Shown: positions 20,964 to 31,215 of the stretch, piece after piece
Layout of the letters: the number at the start of each line of letters is the position of its first letter
How positions within the stretch are numbered: the stretch's first letter is position 1
The notes under the pieces: generated by a model
The model's database searches: none
Told to the model about the DNA's origin: nothing
Seen by the model: only the letters and a program-made list of their open reading frames with translations
Assembly: GCA_043803405.1 (NCBI GenBank)
Contig: JAZDKB010000019.1
Span: 1 to 64,000 of the forward strand
Direction of reading: 5' to 3'
Source of the DNA: Spirochaetota bacterium
GTDB lineage: Bacteria; Spirochaetota; UBA4802; JAFGDQ01
DNA: 64,000 nt
Translations under genes and position numbers: made by a program

Positions 20964-22265
20964 TTACATCCTGCGCTCATCGAAAACGCGTTTGCCTTTG
21001 CCTTCGCTTCGCGGTAATGTTTTTGGAGGAACCAGCCTGATATTTGCTCTTATGCCGACTATATCGAAAATTTTAGATTCGATAGCTCTTTCGACTTCTG
21101 CTATTTTCTGCGGGCCGGTTTCAAATATCTCTTTTTTACCTTCAATATCCAGACAAAGCTGATCCATATAACCTTTCTTCCGTACGAAAATAACATATTG
21201 CGGTGTGGCTGCGCATAATTCCATGAGTAAACTTTCTATAGTAGAAGGGAAAACATTTATCCCGTTGATAATCAGCATGTCGTCGCTGCGACCAAGAATT
21301 TTATCCATTTTAAGAAGCGTTCTGCCGCATGAGCATTTTTCGCGGTGAAGGGTAGTGATGTCGCGGGTGCGGTATCGTATCATGGGCATGGCTTCACGCC
21401 GGATCGAAGTAAGTATTAATTCGCCTTTTGATCCGGGCGGGAGCGTTTCTCCGGTGTCGGGATTAATTATTTCAGCGATAAAATGATCCTCGTTTATGTG
21501 AAGCCCGTTCTGTTCCTCGCATTCAAAAGCCACGCCCGGTCCCGCAAATTCAATTAAACCGTAACAGTCCAGGGCCTTAATTTTCATTTTTGCTTCTATC
21601 TCTTTCCGGATTTCAACTCTCCACGGCTCGGCTCCGAAAACCCCGATCCTTAGCTTTAAAGTGTCGATCTTAATGCCCATATCCTCGGCTCTTTCGGCAA
21701 GCGTCAACGCGTAACTGGGAGTAGAGAAAAGAACAGTAACCCCGAAATCCTGCATAACCATGAGCTGGCGTTCGGTGCGTCCGGAAGATATCGGTATAAC
21801 AGCGCAGCCGAGTTTTGTCGCGCCCTGGTGAAAACCCAGACCGCCTGTAAACAAGCCCATCTGGTAGCTGTTCTGGCATATATCTTCGGGTCGTATGCCT
21901 GCTGCCCAGAGGTTGCGTGCCATGCATTCGGTCCATTGTTCCATATCTCCGGCTGTATAGAGGCCTGTTATCGGTTTGCCTGTAGTCCCGGAAGAAGCGT
22001 GTATCCGGACAACTTCAGAAAACGGAACAGCGCAAAGGCCGAAAGGATAATTGTTTCTTACGTCTTCTTTGCCGGTTAAAGGAAGCTTTGGAAGTTCATC
22101 AATGGATTTTATTTTTACCGGATTAACTCCCATTTTATCATAAAATTTTTTATAAAACGGTACTTTATTATATGTCCGGTTTATTGTCTTTATCAATTGT
22201 TCAGACTGAAATTTTTTCATTTCGTCTGCTGACATTGTCTCAAAGCGTTCATCCCAATATTTCAT
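20964..22265 (-). CDS. paaK: Phenylacetate-CoA ligase
   Basis: HASSGTTGKP, GAEPW, RYRTRD, GRSDDMLII. Confidence 0.9.
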   Translation of the reverse strand: MKYWDERFETMSADEMKKFQSEQLIKTINRTYNKVPFYKKFYDKMGVNPVKIKSIDELPKLPLTGKEDVRNNYPFGLCAVPFSEVVRIHASSGTTGKPITGLYTAGDMEQWTECMARNLWAAGIRPEDICQNSYQMGLFTGGLGFHQGATKLGCAVIPISSGRTERQLMVMQDFGVTVLFSTPSYALTLAERAEDMGIKIDTLKLRIGVFGAEPWRVEIRKEIEAKMKIKALDCYGLIEFAGPGVAFECEEQNGLHINEDHFIAEIINPDTGETLPPGSKGELILTSIRREAMPMIRYRTRDITTLHREKCSCGRTLLKMDKILGRSDDMLIINGINVFPSTIESLLMELCAATPQYVIFVRKKGYMDQLCLDIEGKKEIFETGPQKIAEVERAIESKIFDIVGIRANIRLVPPKTLPRSEGKGKRVFDERRM

Positions 22266-22401
22266 TGTATTCCTCAATTATATACTGTTACATAATTAAT
22301 AATTTTTATTGCGGCCTGTACATTATGGAACGAGCTTAATAATTTTTTGTTTGCTTGAAGTATTTCGTATTAATCAGGCTTTACTTAAGCAGCAGTCTAT
22401 G

Positions 22402-23139
22402 TCAATTAAATTTATTTTTATAATTAACGTACTTTAAAAGATGTTTAAGCTTAACTATTCCATCCTGTTGAACAGTCTTAAGTAGCTGCTGAAAAATCTG
22501 TGCTGTGATTGTGGCGTCCCAGAAAGAGGAATGCAGCTCTTCAATGCAGACATTATAGCGCGTTGCCACATCCTTTAAAGTGCTGCTGTTTTTGTACGGG
22601 GTTTCCTCGGCAAAAGGAAATTTTTTAAACTGAATTGTCTTATCCAGAATCACTGTATCCAGCAAAATATTACGTATAGGAAAACCATAAAGACGCATCA
22701 TTTCGTTGTTTAGAAATCCCATATCCAGCCATCCATGATGAGCAACCAGAACTGATGAACCGATGAATTTAATAAAGCGCGGCAGCACTTCTTCTATGGA
22801 GGGCTGTGAACTGACCATATCCGGAACAATTTCATGAATAATTATAGATGTGGAAGGAATGTCCCTGTTCGGATTTATAAGTTCGTGGAAAACATCGGAA
22901 AGATCGATGCGGCCGTTTATAAGCCGTACAGCGCTTAACGAAACAATCCGATGGCCTTTTTTAGACTCCAGGCCTGTTGTTTCGCTGTCAAATACAGTGA
23001 ATTGAATTTCTTCAATCGGTTTTTCAACATCCTCGCTGTCAAAAGAATGCAAATATTCCCTGAGAAACGGCTGGAGATCATCTTCTTTTATATCATAAAG
23101 CGGACGAAGCCGCTTTTTTAATCTATCCCATAAGATCAT
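22402..23139 (-). CDS. DnaQ-like 3'-5' exonuclease
   Basis: FDSETTG, VAHH, H...D DEDDh motifs; typical partner of DUF294 proteins. Confidence 0.85.
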   Translation of the reverse strand: MILWDRLKKRLRPLYDIKEDDLQPFLREYLHSFDSEDVEKPIEEIQFTVFDSETTGLESKKGHRIVSLSAVRLINGRIDLSDVFHELINPNRDIPSTSIIIHEIVPDMVSSQPSIEEVLPRFIKFIGSSVLVAHHGWLDMGFLNNEMMRLYGFPIRNILLDTVILDKTIQFKKFPFAEETPYKNSSTLKDVATRYNVCIEELHSSFWDATITAQIFQQLLKTVQQDGIVKLKHLLKYVNYKNKFN

Positions 23140-23160
23140 AAGCCAAAACCATTTTACTGA

Positions 23161-25107
23161 CTATAATAAGATAATATTATACCGCACTCTTAATAATTCC
23201 TGCAATCTGTCAATTGTCTTGAACGCTTCCTTCAGCATGTTTCGCTGAATGATTGTCAGATCATCAGGTTTTATGTAATTGTCGGGTTCTTTTCCCTCAT
23301 TCATTTGGTTCACATGATGACGAACGCGCAACAGCATAATAACATTAAAGGCATCCAGCAAATTCTCCGAATCCTTCTGAGACAGTACGCCAGCTTTAGT
23401 TAATCCATTGATCCGGTCAATTGTATTGGTTTCAAAGATCTTCTGCTCGAGAGCCAGAATCCGCACTGCATTGATTAAAGGGCCAAGACCCATAAGTTTA
23501 AGATTGAGGTGATTTTTATATTCCCCTGATTTTTCAACAACAAGTCTTTTAAAAAAACCGAGAGGCGGCTGATAATGAATCACTGTTTCAGCCATATTAT
23601 GAAGAAAGAGTTTCCCTGTATCAAGATTAGCGGTTATGCATTCGATTAATCCGGGCGTAAAATCCATTGTACCGTAAATTGTCCTGAAGTCAAAAAAAAT
23701 TAAAGTTTGCATAATGTTTTCAGTGCTCATATTTACAGTCTGTATCCAGTTCCTGTAGTATTTCAGCCAGACACTGTAGGATTGGCACCATTGCGGATTT
23801 ATAGCCATGTAACCGCCTTTACATCTTGGGAATCCCGATTTTTCCAGACCTGAAACTACTTTTTCTCCCAAGGTTAAAAAATATTGCTGCACTTCCTTTT
23901 CCTGCTCCGGCGAGGACACGTCTGCAAAGATTATGGCATTATCCTGGTCGGTTCTCATGGTCTGCTCGCGGCGTCCTTCACTTCCTAAAGATATCCATGC
24001 ATACGGTACCGGAGGCTTGCCGAAGCGCTCACTTACCATCTCATCTTCTGCAAGCATTATTATTTTACTGGTCTGATAATCATTCAGGGTCGTGATCAGT
24101 TCGCATATATCCTTTGCCATGCCTCCGTGTTCCAGTATTATTCTCATGGATTTATCAATATTAGACCGCTGCCAGATTATCTGGTCAATATGCGTTGACT
24201 GTTGAATTCCTTTAATTACTGCCAGAGGATTATTCCCCTGGGAGGCCATTAAATCCATTTCCGAAATTATCCCTATAAGTTTCAATCCATCCATTACTGT
24301 AAGGTATTTTATCTTATCAGTGATCATACTGAGTATAGCTTCAAAGCAAAAAGCATCCGGTGAGATCGATTTAACAGGCCGGCTCATTATTTCCTGTACC
24401 GGCACATTGGCCAGATTTCCGGAAGCTATAAGTTTGCTGCGTATATCATTATCCGTCAAAATACCGATAGGCATCCGGTGTTCATCTACAATGATTGCCG
24501 ACCCTACGCCCCTGTTGGACATTTTGCGCGCTATGCCCACGATTGTCTCTTCCGGCGGGCATGTAAGAACGTCCGCGTGCATTACGTCTTTAACCCTGCC
24601 GGCAAAAAGAATTTCATTGATTTCCGGTTTTATTGAAAATACGGAATCGGTATTCTTCATTTTAGTGTCAAAATGCTTAAAGTCCTTGCTTGGGCCGGAA
24701 GTAAAATAAAGATTAAAGTCCGGATAATTCTCCATGAGTTCTTTAAAAGCTTCTTTTTTAAGCAGATAGCAGATAGTGTCTTCTTCCGCTATAATTGTCA
24801 GCGGGGACGGCCTGCCGATCAGAAGAGAGAATAGCCCGAAAAAGTCGCCTTCATCGGAATAATCGTAAACCCTGGCGTCTTCAATTTTATGCTTCCTGCA
24901 TAAAAGCATTTTAACCCCGCCCTTGCGGATAATATAAAGATGCTGTGCCGGCTGGCCTTCCGGGCTTAAAATGATTTCACCCTTGCGAAAAAATTCTATG
25001 CTGAATTCATTAATAAGTTTTTTCAATGTATCATCGGGAAGCAAATGGAAAGGAGGAATAACCTTGAGTGAATCTATTATTTTTTCAAGTGGTAAAGGAG
25101 CTGGCAT
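23161..25107 (-). CDS. cNMP-binding/CBS/DUF294 nucleotidyltransferase-like protein
   Basis: N-terminal cNMP domain, CBS pair, LGSEGRREQ...DQDN motif. Confidence 0.9.
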   Translation of the reverse strand: MPAPLPLEKIIDSLKVIPPFHLLPDDTLKKLINEFSIEFFRKGEIILSPEGQPAQHLYIIRKGGVKMLLCRKHKIEDARVYDYSDEGDFFGLFSLLIGRPSPLTIIAEEDTICYLLKKEAFKELMENYPDFNLYFTSGPSKDFKHFDTKMKNTDSVFSIKPEINEILFAGRVKDVMHADVLTCPPEETIVGIARKMSNRGVGSAIIVDEHRMPIGILTDNDIRSKLIASGNLANVPVQEIMSRPVKSISPDAFCFEAILSMITDKIKYLTVMDGLKLIGIISEMDLMASQGNNPLAVIKGIQQSTHIDQIIWQRSNIDKSMRIILEHGGMAKDICELITTLNDYQTSKIIMLAEDEMVSERFGKPPVPYAWISLGSEGRREQTMRTDQDNAIIFADVSSPEQEKEVQQYFLTLGEKVVSGLEKSGFPRCKGGYMAINPQWCQSYSVWLKYYRNWIQTVNMSTENIMQTLIFFDFRTIYGTMDFTPGLIECITANLDTGKLFLHNMAETVIHYQPPLGFFKRLVVEKSGEYKNHLNLKLMGLGPLINAVRILALEQKIFETNTIDRINGLTKAGVLSQKDSENLLDAFNVIMLLRVRHHVNQMNEGKEPDNYIKPDDLTIIQRNMLKEAFKTIDRLQELLRVRYNIILL

Positions 25108-25406
25108 TTTTTTATAAGATTAAATAGTACAAAATATATTTTTTACAGATAAAAGTAATGTAAGTCTTATTTAGCAGAAAATCAATATATTTCCGGGAGT
25201 ATTTCAAGATTATACCGGCTGATTGCATCAGCGGATTTTTTCAACCCGATGATAGAATAAAACCGGTTGCTAAATTAGTCAAGAAATAATAATAGGTTGT
25301 TTGGAAAGCGTTAAAACCGCTTAAAAGCTGCTGTTATAGCATAAATAAATTATTTTATTCTGTTTAATTATTGACTTATTTATTGCAGGGAATAACTTAC
25401 CTGTTT

Positions 25407-26351
25407 ATGAATATATTACATGAAATCCCGGACAGTATCGGCAAATTCAAAAATCCAGTTTTAAGTATCGGGACATTTGACGGGGTTCATGCCGGGCATC
25501 AGAAAATATTGCGTACACTTTTAGCCGTTGCGGAAGAAAAACAGACGGATGCGGTTGTGCTGACATTTGAAAGTCATCCGAGAAAGATTCTTACTCCTGC
25601 TACTCCGCCGAAAATTTTGACTACCAAGCATGAAAAAATAGAGGCCATAGCCGGCTGCGGAATAAACAATATTATTATAATAAAATTTACAAATGAAATT
25701 GCGAACATGCCAGCCGATGAATTTTTAAACAGGATGATAATAGATAAAATCGGCATAAGCCATCTTGTTGTGGGTTACGATCATGCTTTCGGGAAAGACC
25801 GGGACGGCGACTTTAATTATTTAAATGAAATCGCGAAAGACAAAGGCTTCGGGATCACTAGAGTAGAGCCGCAGATCTATCATTCGGTTCCCGTGTCATC
25901 GACATGGATAAGGGCCGAGATTGAAGACGGCAATATTTCATTTGCAAACGGACTTCTTCTAAGAAGATACACTATTTTCGGGAATGTTGACAAAGGCGAC
26001 GGCAGAGGCGCGAAGCTCGGATTCCCGACTGCGAATATTGTACCTGAGGATGCGGATAAGATTATCCCGAAAGACGGAGTGTATGCCGTTAAGGCTGTCA
26101 TCAATAATGATATCAAGAAAGACGGCATGCTGAATATAGGCACGAATCCGACCTTTTCAAAAACAGAGAGAACAATTGAATTAAATATTTTTGATTTTAA
26201 TAAGAATATATACAATAATAATATCCATGTTGAATTTTTTGAAAGAATAAGGGACGAAGTGAAATTTAATACGCCGGAAGCTTTAATTGAGCAATTGCAT
26301 AAAGATGAAAAAACTGCACGGGATATATTACGTAAAGAAGCAAATCTCTAA
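25407..26351 (+). CDS. ribF: Bifunctional riboflavin kinase/FAD synthetase
   Basis: GTFDGVHAGH, SSTWIR, LGFPTAN, NIGTNPT. Confidence 0.95.
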   Translation: MNILHEIPDSIGKFKNPVLSIGTFDGVHAGHQKILRTLLAVAEEKQTDAVVLTFESHPRKILTPATPPKILTTKHEKIEAIAGCGINNIIIIKFTNEIANMPADEFLNRMIIDKIGISHLVVGYDHAFGKDRDGDFNYLNEIAKDKGFGITRVEPQIYHSVPVSSTWIRAEIEDGNISFANGLLLRRYTIFGNVDKGDGRGAKLGFPTANIVPEDADKIIPKDGVYAVKAVINNDIKKDGMLNIGTNPTFSKTERTIELNIFDFNKNIYNNNIHVEFFERIRDEVKFNTPEALIEQLHKDEKTARDILRKEANL

Positions 26352-26410
26352 AAGCTGAGAGACGGCGAATATAATAGCTGCGTTAATTTTTTGACGCATT
26401 CATAATTTAT

Positions 26411-26926
26411 ATGCTACTGAATTATTTAAAAAATTTTACCGACACTTCCTGCTATACATACCCGTTTCCCACGGGCAGGTTATATATTTTCGGGAATAAA
26501 GAATCTATTAAACTTATAGCTTTCGGGCATAGCATAAATCATAAAAAGGAAGTTGAAAAAAGATTCAAGTCTGCCGTTACCGACGAAATTGAGAAAGCAA
26601 TTGAGTTCCTGGACCGCTATATTATCGGAGAGGACGGGGTACTGCCGAATCTTGACCTTACACCGTATAGCGATAAGGAAAGAAAAGTTTATGATGAATT
26701 AAAAAAAATAAAATTCGGAAGTACAATATCATATAAGGAATTATCGGAAAAATCCGGCATTAAAAACGGTTCAAGGTTTGTGGGGACCACTATGGCCAGA
26801 AATTTTTTTCCTATACTCATCCCGTGTCACCGGGTTATCAACTCCAGCGGCAGGATAGGGAATTTTTCAGCGGGAACGGCTGTTAAAAAATATCTTCTGC
26901 AGCACGAAAAAGTAGTTTTAAAATAG
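26411..26926 (+). CDS. ogt: Methylated-DNA-protein-cysteine methyltransferase
   Basis: IPCHRV active site. Confidence 0.9.
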   Translation: MLLNYLKNFTDTSCYTYPFPTGRLYIFGNKESIKLIAFGHSINHKKEVEKRFKSAVTDEIEKAIEFLDRYIIGEDGVLPNLDLTPYSDKERKVYDELKKIKFGSTISYKELSEKSGIKNGSRFVGTTMARNFFPILIPCHRVINSSGRIGNFSAGTAVKKYLLQHEKVVLK

Positions 26927-26968
26927 CTGTATATCTTCCATGAAAAAGCCGGAAAGAAAAATACTCAA

Positions 26969-28081
26969 TTGAATAAATTAAAGCAAATCCCCATTGTGCA
27001 TGTGAATACGGCAGACAGCTGGCGGGGCGGGGAGAAGCAGACATACTATCTGACATCTTGTTTAAATCAAAAAGGATATTTGTCATCCTGCATCTGCAGA
27101 GAAGGTTCTCCGCTGCATGAAAAGCTTCGCGACAACAGGCTGCCTTGTTTTCCGGTTAAAATATTTTATGGCATAGATGTTCTTACGGGTAAAAAGATTG
27201 CTGGTATATTAAAGAGAACCGGCGCAGGGATTCTCCATTTGCATACTGCCCATTCGCACTCTGCGGGTTATTTAAGCAGTTTTTTTTACAGGGTACCCGT
27301 AAATATTGTTTCACGCCGCGTCGACTTTCATATAAAGAAAAATTTATTCAGCAGGCTTAAATATAATTATCCTGATAAATATGTTACGGTTTCGGGCGCT
27401 ATAAGGGATATCCTTGTCAGTGACGGAATTCCGGCTGAAAAAATAAAAGTTGTTCATTCTGGCGTTGATCTTGATGCTTACAAAAACATTGAGTCCGGTT
27501 ATTTGTATAAAGAATTCGCATTCATTAATAATATTAAAAAGAAAGTAAAACTGGTCAATGTTGCTGCTCTTACTCCGCAAAAGGACCAGGCGACTCTTAT
27601 AAAGGCTATTGCAATTGCAGTTAAACAATTTAGTAACCTGGTTCTTTTTATTGCAGGGGAGGGCAAACTGAAAGATCCGCTTACAAAACTGCGCGACAGC
27701 CTTGGCCTTAAAGAACACATCGTATTTACCGGCTTCAGGAACGATGCGTTTAATTTAACGGACTTCGCGGACATATTCGTGATGTCGTCCAGATGGGAAG
27801 GACTGGGTACATCCATTATTGACGCGATGGCGTTAAAAAAGCCGGTCATAGCTGCAAACACAGGCGGGATACCGGAGCTTGTGCGTGACAGGGAAAACGG
27901 GTTGCTGATAGAAAAGGAAAATCCTGAAGCGCTTGCAGGTGCAATAGTCGCTCTTATAAAGAATAAATCCCTGCGAAAAAAGTTATCTGCCAGGGCGTTT
28001 AGGGATGCTCAGGGTTTTTCGATTAAGGAAACCGTTGCTAAAACAATTGAGGTGTACGGCGAATTGTGCGGCCTGCATTAA
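26969..28081 (+). CDS. Glycosyltransferase family 4
   Basis: WRGGE, QKD, EGLG...DAM, GGIPE. Confidence 0.9.
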   Translation: MNKLKQIPIVHVNTADSWRGGEKQTYYLTSCLNQKGYLSSCICREGSPLHEKLRDNRLPCFPVKIFYGIDVLTGKKIAGILKRTGAGILHLHTAHSHSAGYLSSFFYRVPVNIVSRRVDFHIKKNLFSRLKYNYPDKYVTVSGAIRDILVSDGIPAEKIKVVHSGVDLDAYKNIESGYLYKEFAFINNIKKKVKLVNVAALTPQKDQATLIKAIAIAVKQFSNLVLFIAGEGKLKDPLTKLRDSLGLKEHIVFTGFRNDAFNLTDFADIFVMSSRWEGLGTSIIDAMALKKPVIAANTGGIPELVRDRENGLLIEKENPEALAGAIVALIKNKSLRKKLSARAFRDAQGFSIKETVAKTIEVYGELCGLH

Positions 28082-28090
28082 TAAAAAAAT

Positions 28091-28163
<73 letters not shown>

Positions 28164-28297
28164 AAACTCGAAAACAAAAATATTTGATGCACGGGAAAAG
28201 TCAATTAAAATTGTTGACTAAATAAAAAAAACAATATAATAAATTTATATCACGTGATAAACAAATTAAAGAAAATATTTTTACCAGATAAAATATT

Positions 28298-28510
28298 ATG
28301 GAAACAAAATATACTGCTGTAATAAAGGAAGATGGGGAGTGGTGGATCGGATGGGTAGAAGAGGTTCCAGGTGTCAATTGCCAGGAACATTCTCACGATG
28401 AATTATTAGAGTCTTTAAAAATCACACTTAAAGAAGCTTTGGAATTCAATAAACAAGATGCTATTTCTGCTGCCGGATCCAGTTTTGTTGAAGAAACCAT
28501 CGCAGTATGA
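28298..28510 (+). CDS. hicB: HicB-family antitoxin (short)
   Basis: YTAVI..DGEWWIGWVEEVPGVNCQ. Confidence 0.85.
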   Translation: METKYTAVIKEDGEWWIGWVEEVPGVNCQEHSHDELLESLKITLKEALEFNKQDAISAAGSSFVEETIAV

Positions 28511-28695
28511 AAAGGAATGATCTTCTGAAGCATTTGCGCTCTAATGGATGTGAGTTACTGCGCGAGGGAGGGCGACACTCGTGGTGGTTTAATCCGAAAA
28601 TGAATAAGCGATCTGCTGTCCCGCGGCATTCTGAAATAAAAGACATATTGGCAAAAAAGATATGCAAAGATCTTGGCGTTCCATTTTTAAGGTAG
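28507..28695 (+). CDS. hicA: HicA-family toxin
   Basis: REGGRH...AVPRH.EI; overlaps hicB. Confidence 0.88.
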   Translation: MKRNDLLKHLRSNGCELLREGGRHSWWFNPKMNKRSAVPRHSEIKDILAKKICKDLGVPFLR

Positions 28696-28724
28696 ATTAA
28701 TCACTTTACATTTAAGTATGGGGT

Positions 28725-30746
28725 TTATTTTATCAGCCTTGCCCTTCTTTTCTGATACGGGTATACCGGGTCGTTAACATCGATCTGTTCAACATCTTTG
28801 GCCTGTTTAGGTTTAACCGAAGATATCATTGTGTCTGCGTCGTTCACCTGCAAAACCAGCTTCTTTTTTATTTTAAGGATATCCTTTTCCGCGGAACCGT
28901 CAAGTTTATATATTACAATAAAATCCCCTGCTTTCACGCCGTCTATGAGGCCGATGTTCACAAATATTTCATTGTCGTTTATGTTCAGCACCCGGCCCTT
29001 AAAAGGCATTGAATTATATATTCTGTTGGCGCTTCTTATCGCTATATTCGGCAGGTTTTCTTTACCGCTTTCGGATAAAGTAAAATTATTTATGATAACC
29101 CCTGTGTGAAAGTTCAGCAGCTCAAAATCGATAGCCAGATAATTAAGCCCTTCCCTGTAGTTCCCGAAAACGATAAAGTCCGGCTTCTCTATTTTTTCCT
29201 GCTTGGCCATATCGTCTATCAACTCAAGGTTATCGCCAAGATACTTGTTGTCGTATTTCAGATCTTTGCATATCTCCAGTCTTTTCTGCACGCTGAAAGA
29301 CTGCATTCTCCCGAACTGGCTTAGAGCAAATGTAAGGTAATTTGCAATTACTTCCCCCGCATCCGGATGAAGGCTTACGGGATCAACAGGACAAAAATTC
29401 AGGACAAGTATTTTCGGGACATCCCTTGGCGGGAACTCGGTCGCATAACCAGCCCTGGGATAAACCCTGTCCCTTCTTTTTATGACAGCGATTTTAAGCA
29501 TATCCTGGTATTTGTTTTCGGGATACAGGCTAAAAAGCGTTTTCTGCTCATTAACATACAATTCATTATAATTTAAAGTCTGGTACATATCCCGCAGGCT
29601 TTCCCTTGCTGTTCTGTTTAGCGGATTTAACAGAAGCGACCTCTGAATGTGCATAAGCGCATCCTGGGGAAGATTTATTTTTAATTTACCGGCCGCCAGT
29701 TTATAATGGTCTTCGCTTAATTTTACTCTTAATGGATTGCCCTCGGCAAAATCGTTCAAAACTAAATAATCTTCCATGTTGGCGCAGAGAAGGCTGTCCG
29801 ACGGGGACAGCTTCATTGCCTTTAAAAAAGAGCTTATGGAATTTGCATGGTCATTCATGCCCGAGTATGCGATTGCCATGTTGTAAAGCGATATACTGTT
29901 TCCGGGGTAGTCTTTAACGATTTTTTGAAAATATTGAAGAGCATGTTCGTAATTCTTCCGGACTAATAATAAATTACCCATGCTCCTGTTTGCAGAAAGG
30001 TTTTGCGGGAAAATTGCCAGCGCTTTGGCGAATTTATCGATCGCCTCTGCCATGTATTCTTCGTTCTGGCTTTCTTTAAAATCCCTCAGGAGTATTTGTC
30101 CGAATTTTACATATCCGTCAGCGAGGTCCGCGTTTGCGTCAATTGCCTTGCGGACATAACTCTTGGCTTCTTCGTCTCTTTTTTCTCTTATTTTAATATT
30201 CGCCATTAAAAGCAGCGATTCATAATGATAGGGATTGGATTTAAAGATATTATCGAGCTGTCTTTTTGCCCAGATATTTCTGTCCATGAGAAAATAAATA
30301 TATGCGATCCCGTATTTCGCGTCAGTGTTTCCTTCGGACAGCTTTAGCGATGTATTAAAATATGCGAGCGCGTCATTATATTTGCCGAGTTCAGTCATGG
30401 TAAATCCGAGACCGTTAATGGCATCAATATTATCTTTATCGAGTTTTAACACATCGCTGAAAAGGCCGATGGCTTCCTCAAAAGCTTCGGTTTTTACGTA
30501 CGATTTGCCAAGTCCCAGAATGGCCTGCTTATATTTCGGATTTTGCTTAAGCGCGTTTTTGAATGAAAGGATGGCCCTGAAATGATCCCCCTTCTGCAAA
30601 TATTCCCAGCCTTCTTTATTGTACGATATCGCATTTTTTTTCTGGCTGTATTCGATGGACAGAATAGCCGAAGAAAAAATAATTAAAATAAATATGGATG
30701 ATAATAGCGCTTTTAAACTATATTGTTTTTTGCTTCCGGTAGTCAT
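28725..30746 (-). CDS. Secreted TPR protein with C-terminal CsgG/FlgT-like region
   Basis: Signal/TM segment, many TPRs, C-terminal VNIGLIDGVKAGD. Confidence 0.7.
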   Translation of the reverse strand: MTTGSKKQYSLKALLSSIFILIIFSSAILSIEYSQKKNAISYNKEGWEYLQKGDHFRAILSFKNALKQNPKYKQAILGLGKSYVKTEAFEEAIGLFSDVLKLDKDNIDAINGLGFTMTELGKYNDALAYFNTSLKLSEGNTDAKYGIAYIYFLMDRNIWAKRQLDNIFKSNPYHYESLLLMANIKIREKRDEEAKSYVRKAIDANADLADGYVKFGQILLRDFKESQNEEYMAEAIDKFAKALAIFPQNLSANRSMGNLLLVRKNYEHALQYFQKIVKDYPGNSISLYNMAIAYSGMNDHANSISSFLKAMKLSPSDSLLCANMEDYLVLNDFAEGNPLRVKLSEDHYKLAAGKLKINLPQDALMHIQRSLLLNPLNRTARESLRDMYQTLNYNELYVNEQKTLFSLYPENKYQDMLKIAVIKRRDRVYPRAGYATEFPPRDVPKILVLNFCPVDPVSLHPDAGEVIANYLTFALSQFGRMQSFSVQKRLEICKDLKYDNKYLGDNLELIDDMAKQEKIEKPDFIVFGNYREGLNYLAIDFELLNFHTGVIINNFTLSESGKENLPNIAIRSANRIYNSMPFKGRVLNINDNEIFVNIGLIDGVKAGDFIVIYKLDGSAEKDILKIKKKLVLQVNDADTMISSVKPKQAKDVEQIDVNDPVYPYQKRRARLIK

Positions 30747-30867
30747 TTAAAATCACTCTGATTATTATTTTCAGTCCCATAAATAAAGCTTATAATGATA
30801 ATAAGTCAAGAGATATTCTTGATAGCCATAAACCCTGTATCATTCTGAATCTGCAGGAAATATATAA

Positions 30868-30980
30868 TAGACTTGTTTCAAAACTGTCATTTCGAGGAGC
30901 TTAGCGACGAGAAATCTATCATTTTGTTAATAGATTTCTCCCTTCGGTCGAAATGATACTTTTGATTTGCAATAAGTCTA
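30868..30980. repeat. REP/MITE-like nested palindrome
   Basis: TAGACTT...AAGTCTA outer arms; GTCATTTCGA...TCGAAATGA and GAGAAATCTA...TAGATTTCTC inner arms. Confidence 0.7.
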
Positions 30981-31055
30981 ATATTCATGCCTGTTTTTTT
31001 CAGTTGACCTTTTACTGCGATTCGATCATGTTTGTATTATATATTTATATATAGC

Positions 31056-31128
31056 GGGGCTGTAGCTCAATTGGGAGAGCGCTTGAATCGCACTCAAGAG
31101 GTAGAGGGTTCGACTCCCTTCAGCTCCA
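31056..31128 (+). tRNA. tRNA-Ala(CGC), integration target
   Basis: GGGGCTGTAGCTCAATTGGGAGAGCGCTTGAATCGCACTCAAGAGGTAGAGGGTTCGACTCCCTTCAGCTCCA; G3:U70 pair; anticodon CGC. Confidence 0.95.
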
Positions 31129-31129
31129 A
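31081..31129 (+). repeat. attL core (49 bp)
   Basis: Identical to 55324-55372. Confidence 0.92.
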
Positions 31130-31195
31130 TTAAAAACTTTATGTTTTATGCGGTTTTAAAAAGATTTTACATTAACTCATGAAATCGTTGAGTCG

Positions 31196-31214
31196 AAGTT
31201 GACGTATTGTTGAC
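31196..31214. promoter_or_regulatory. Putative integrase arm-type sites (left)
   Basis: AAGTTGACGTATTGTTGAC; 18/19 match to 55166-55184. Confidence 0.6.
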
Positions 31215-31215
31215 T

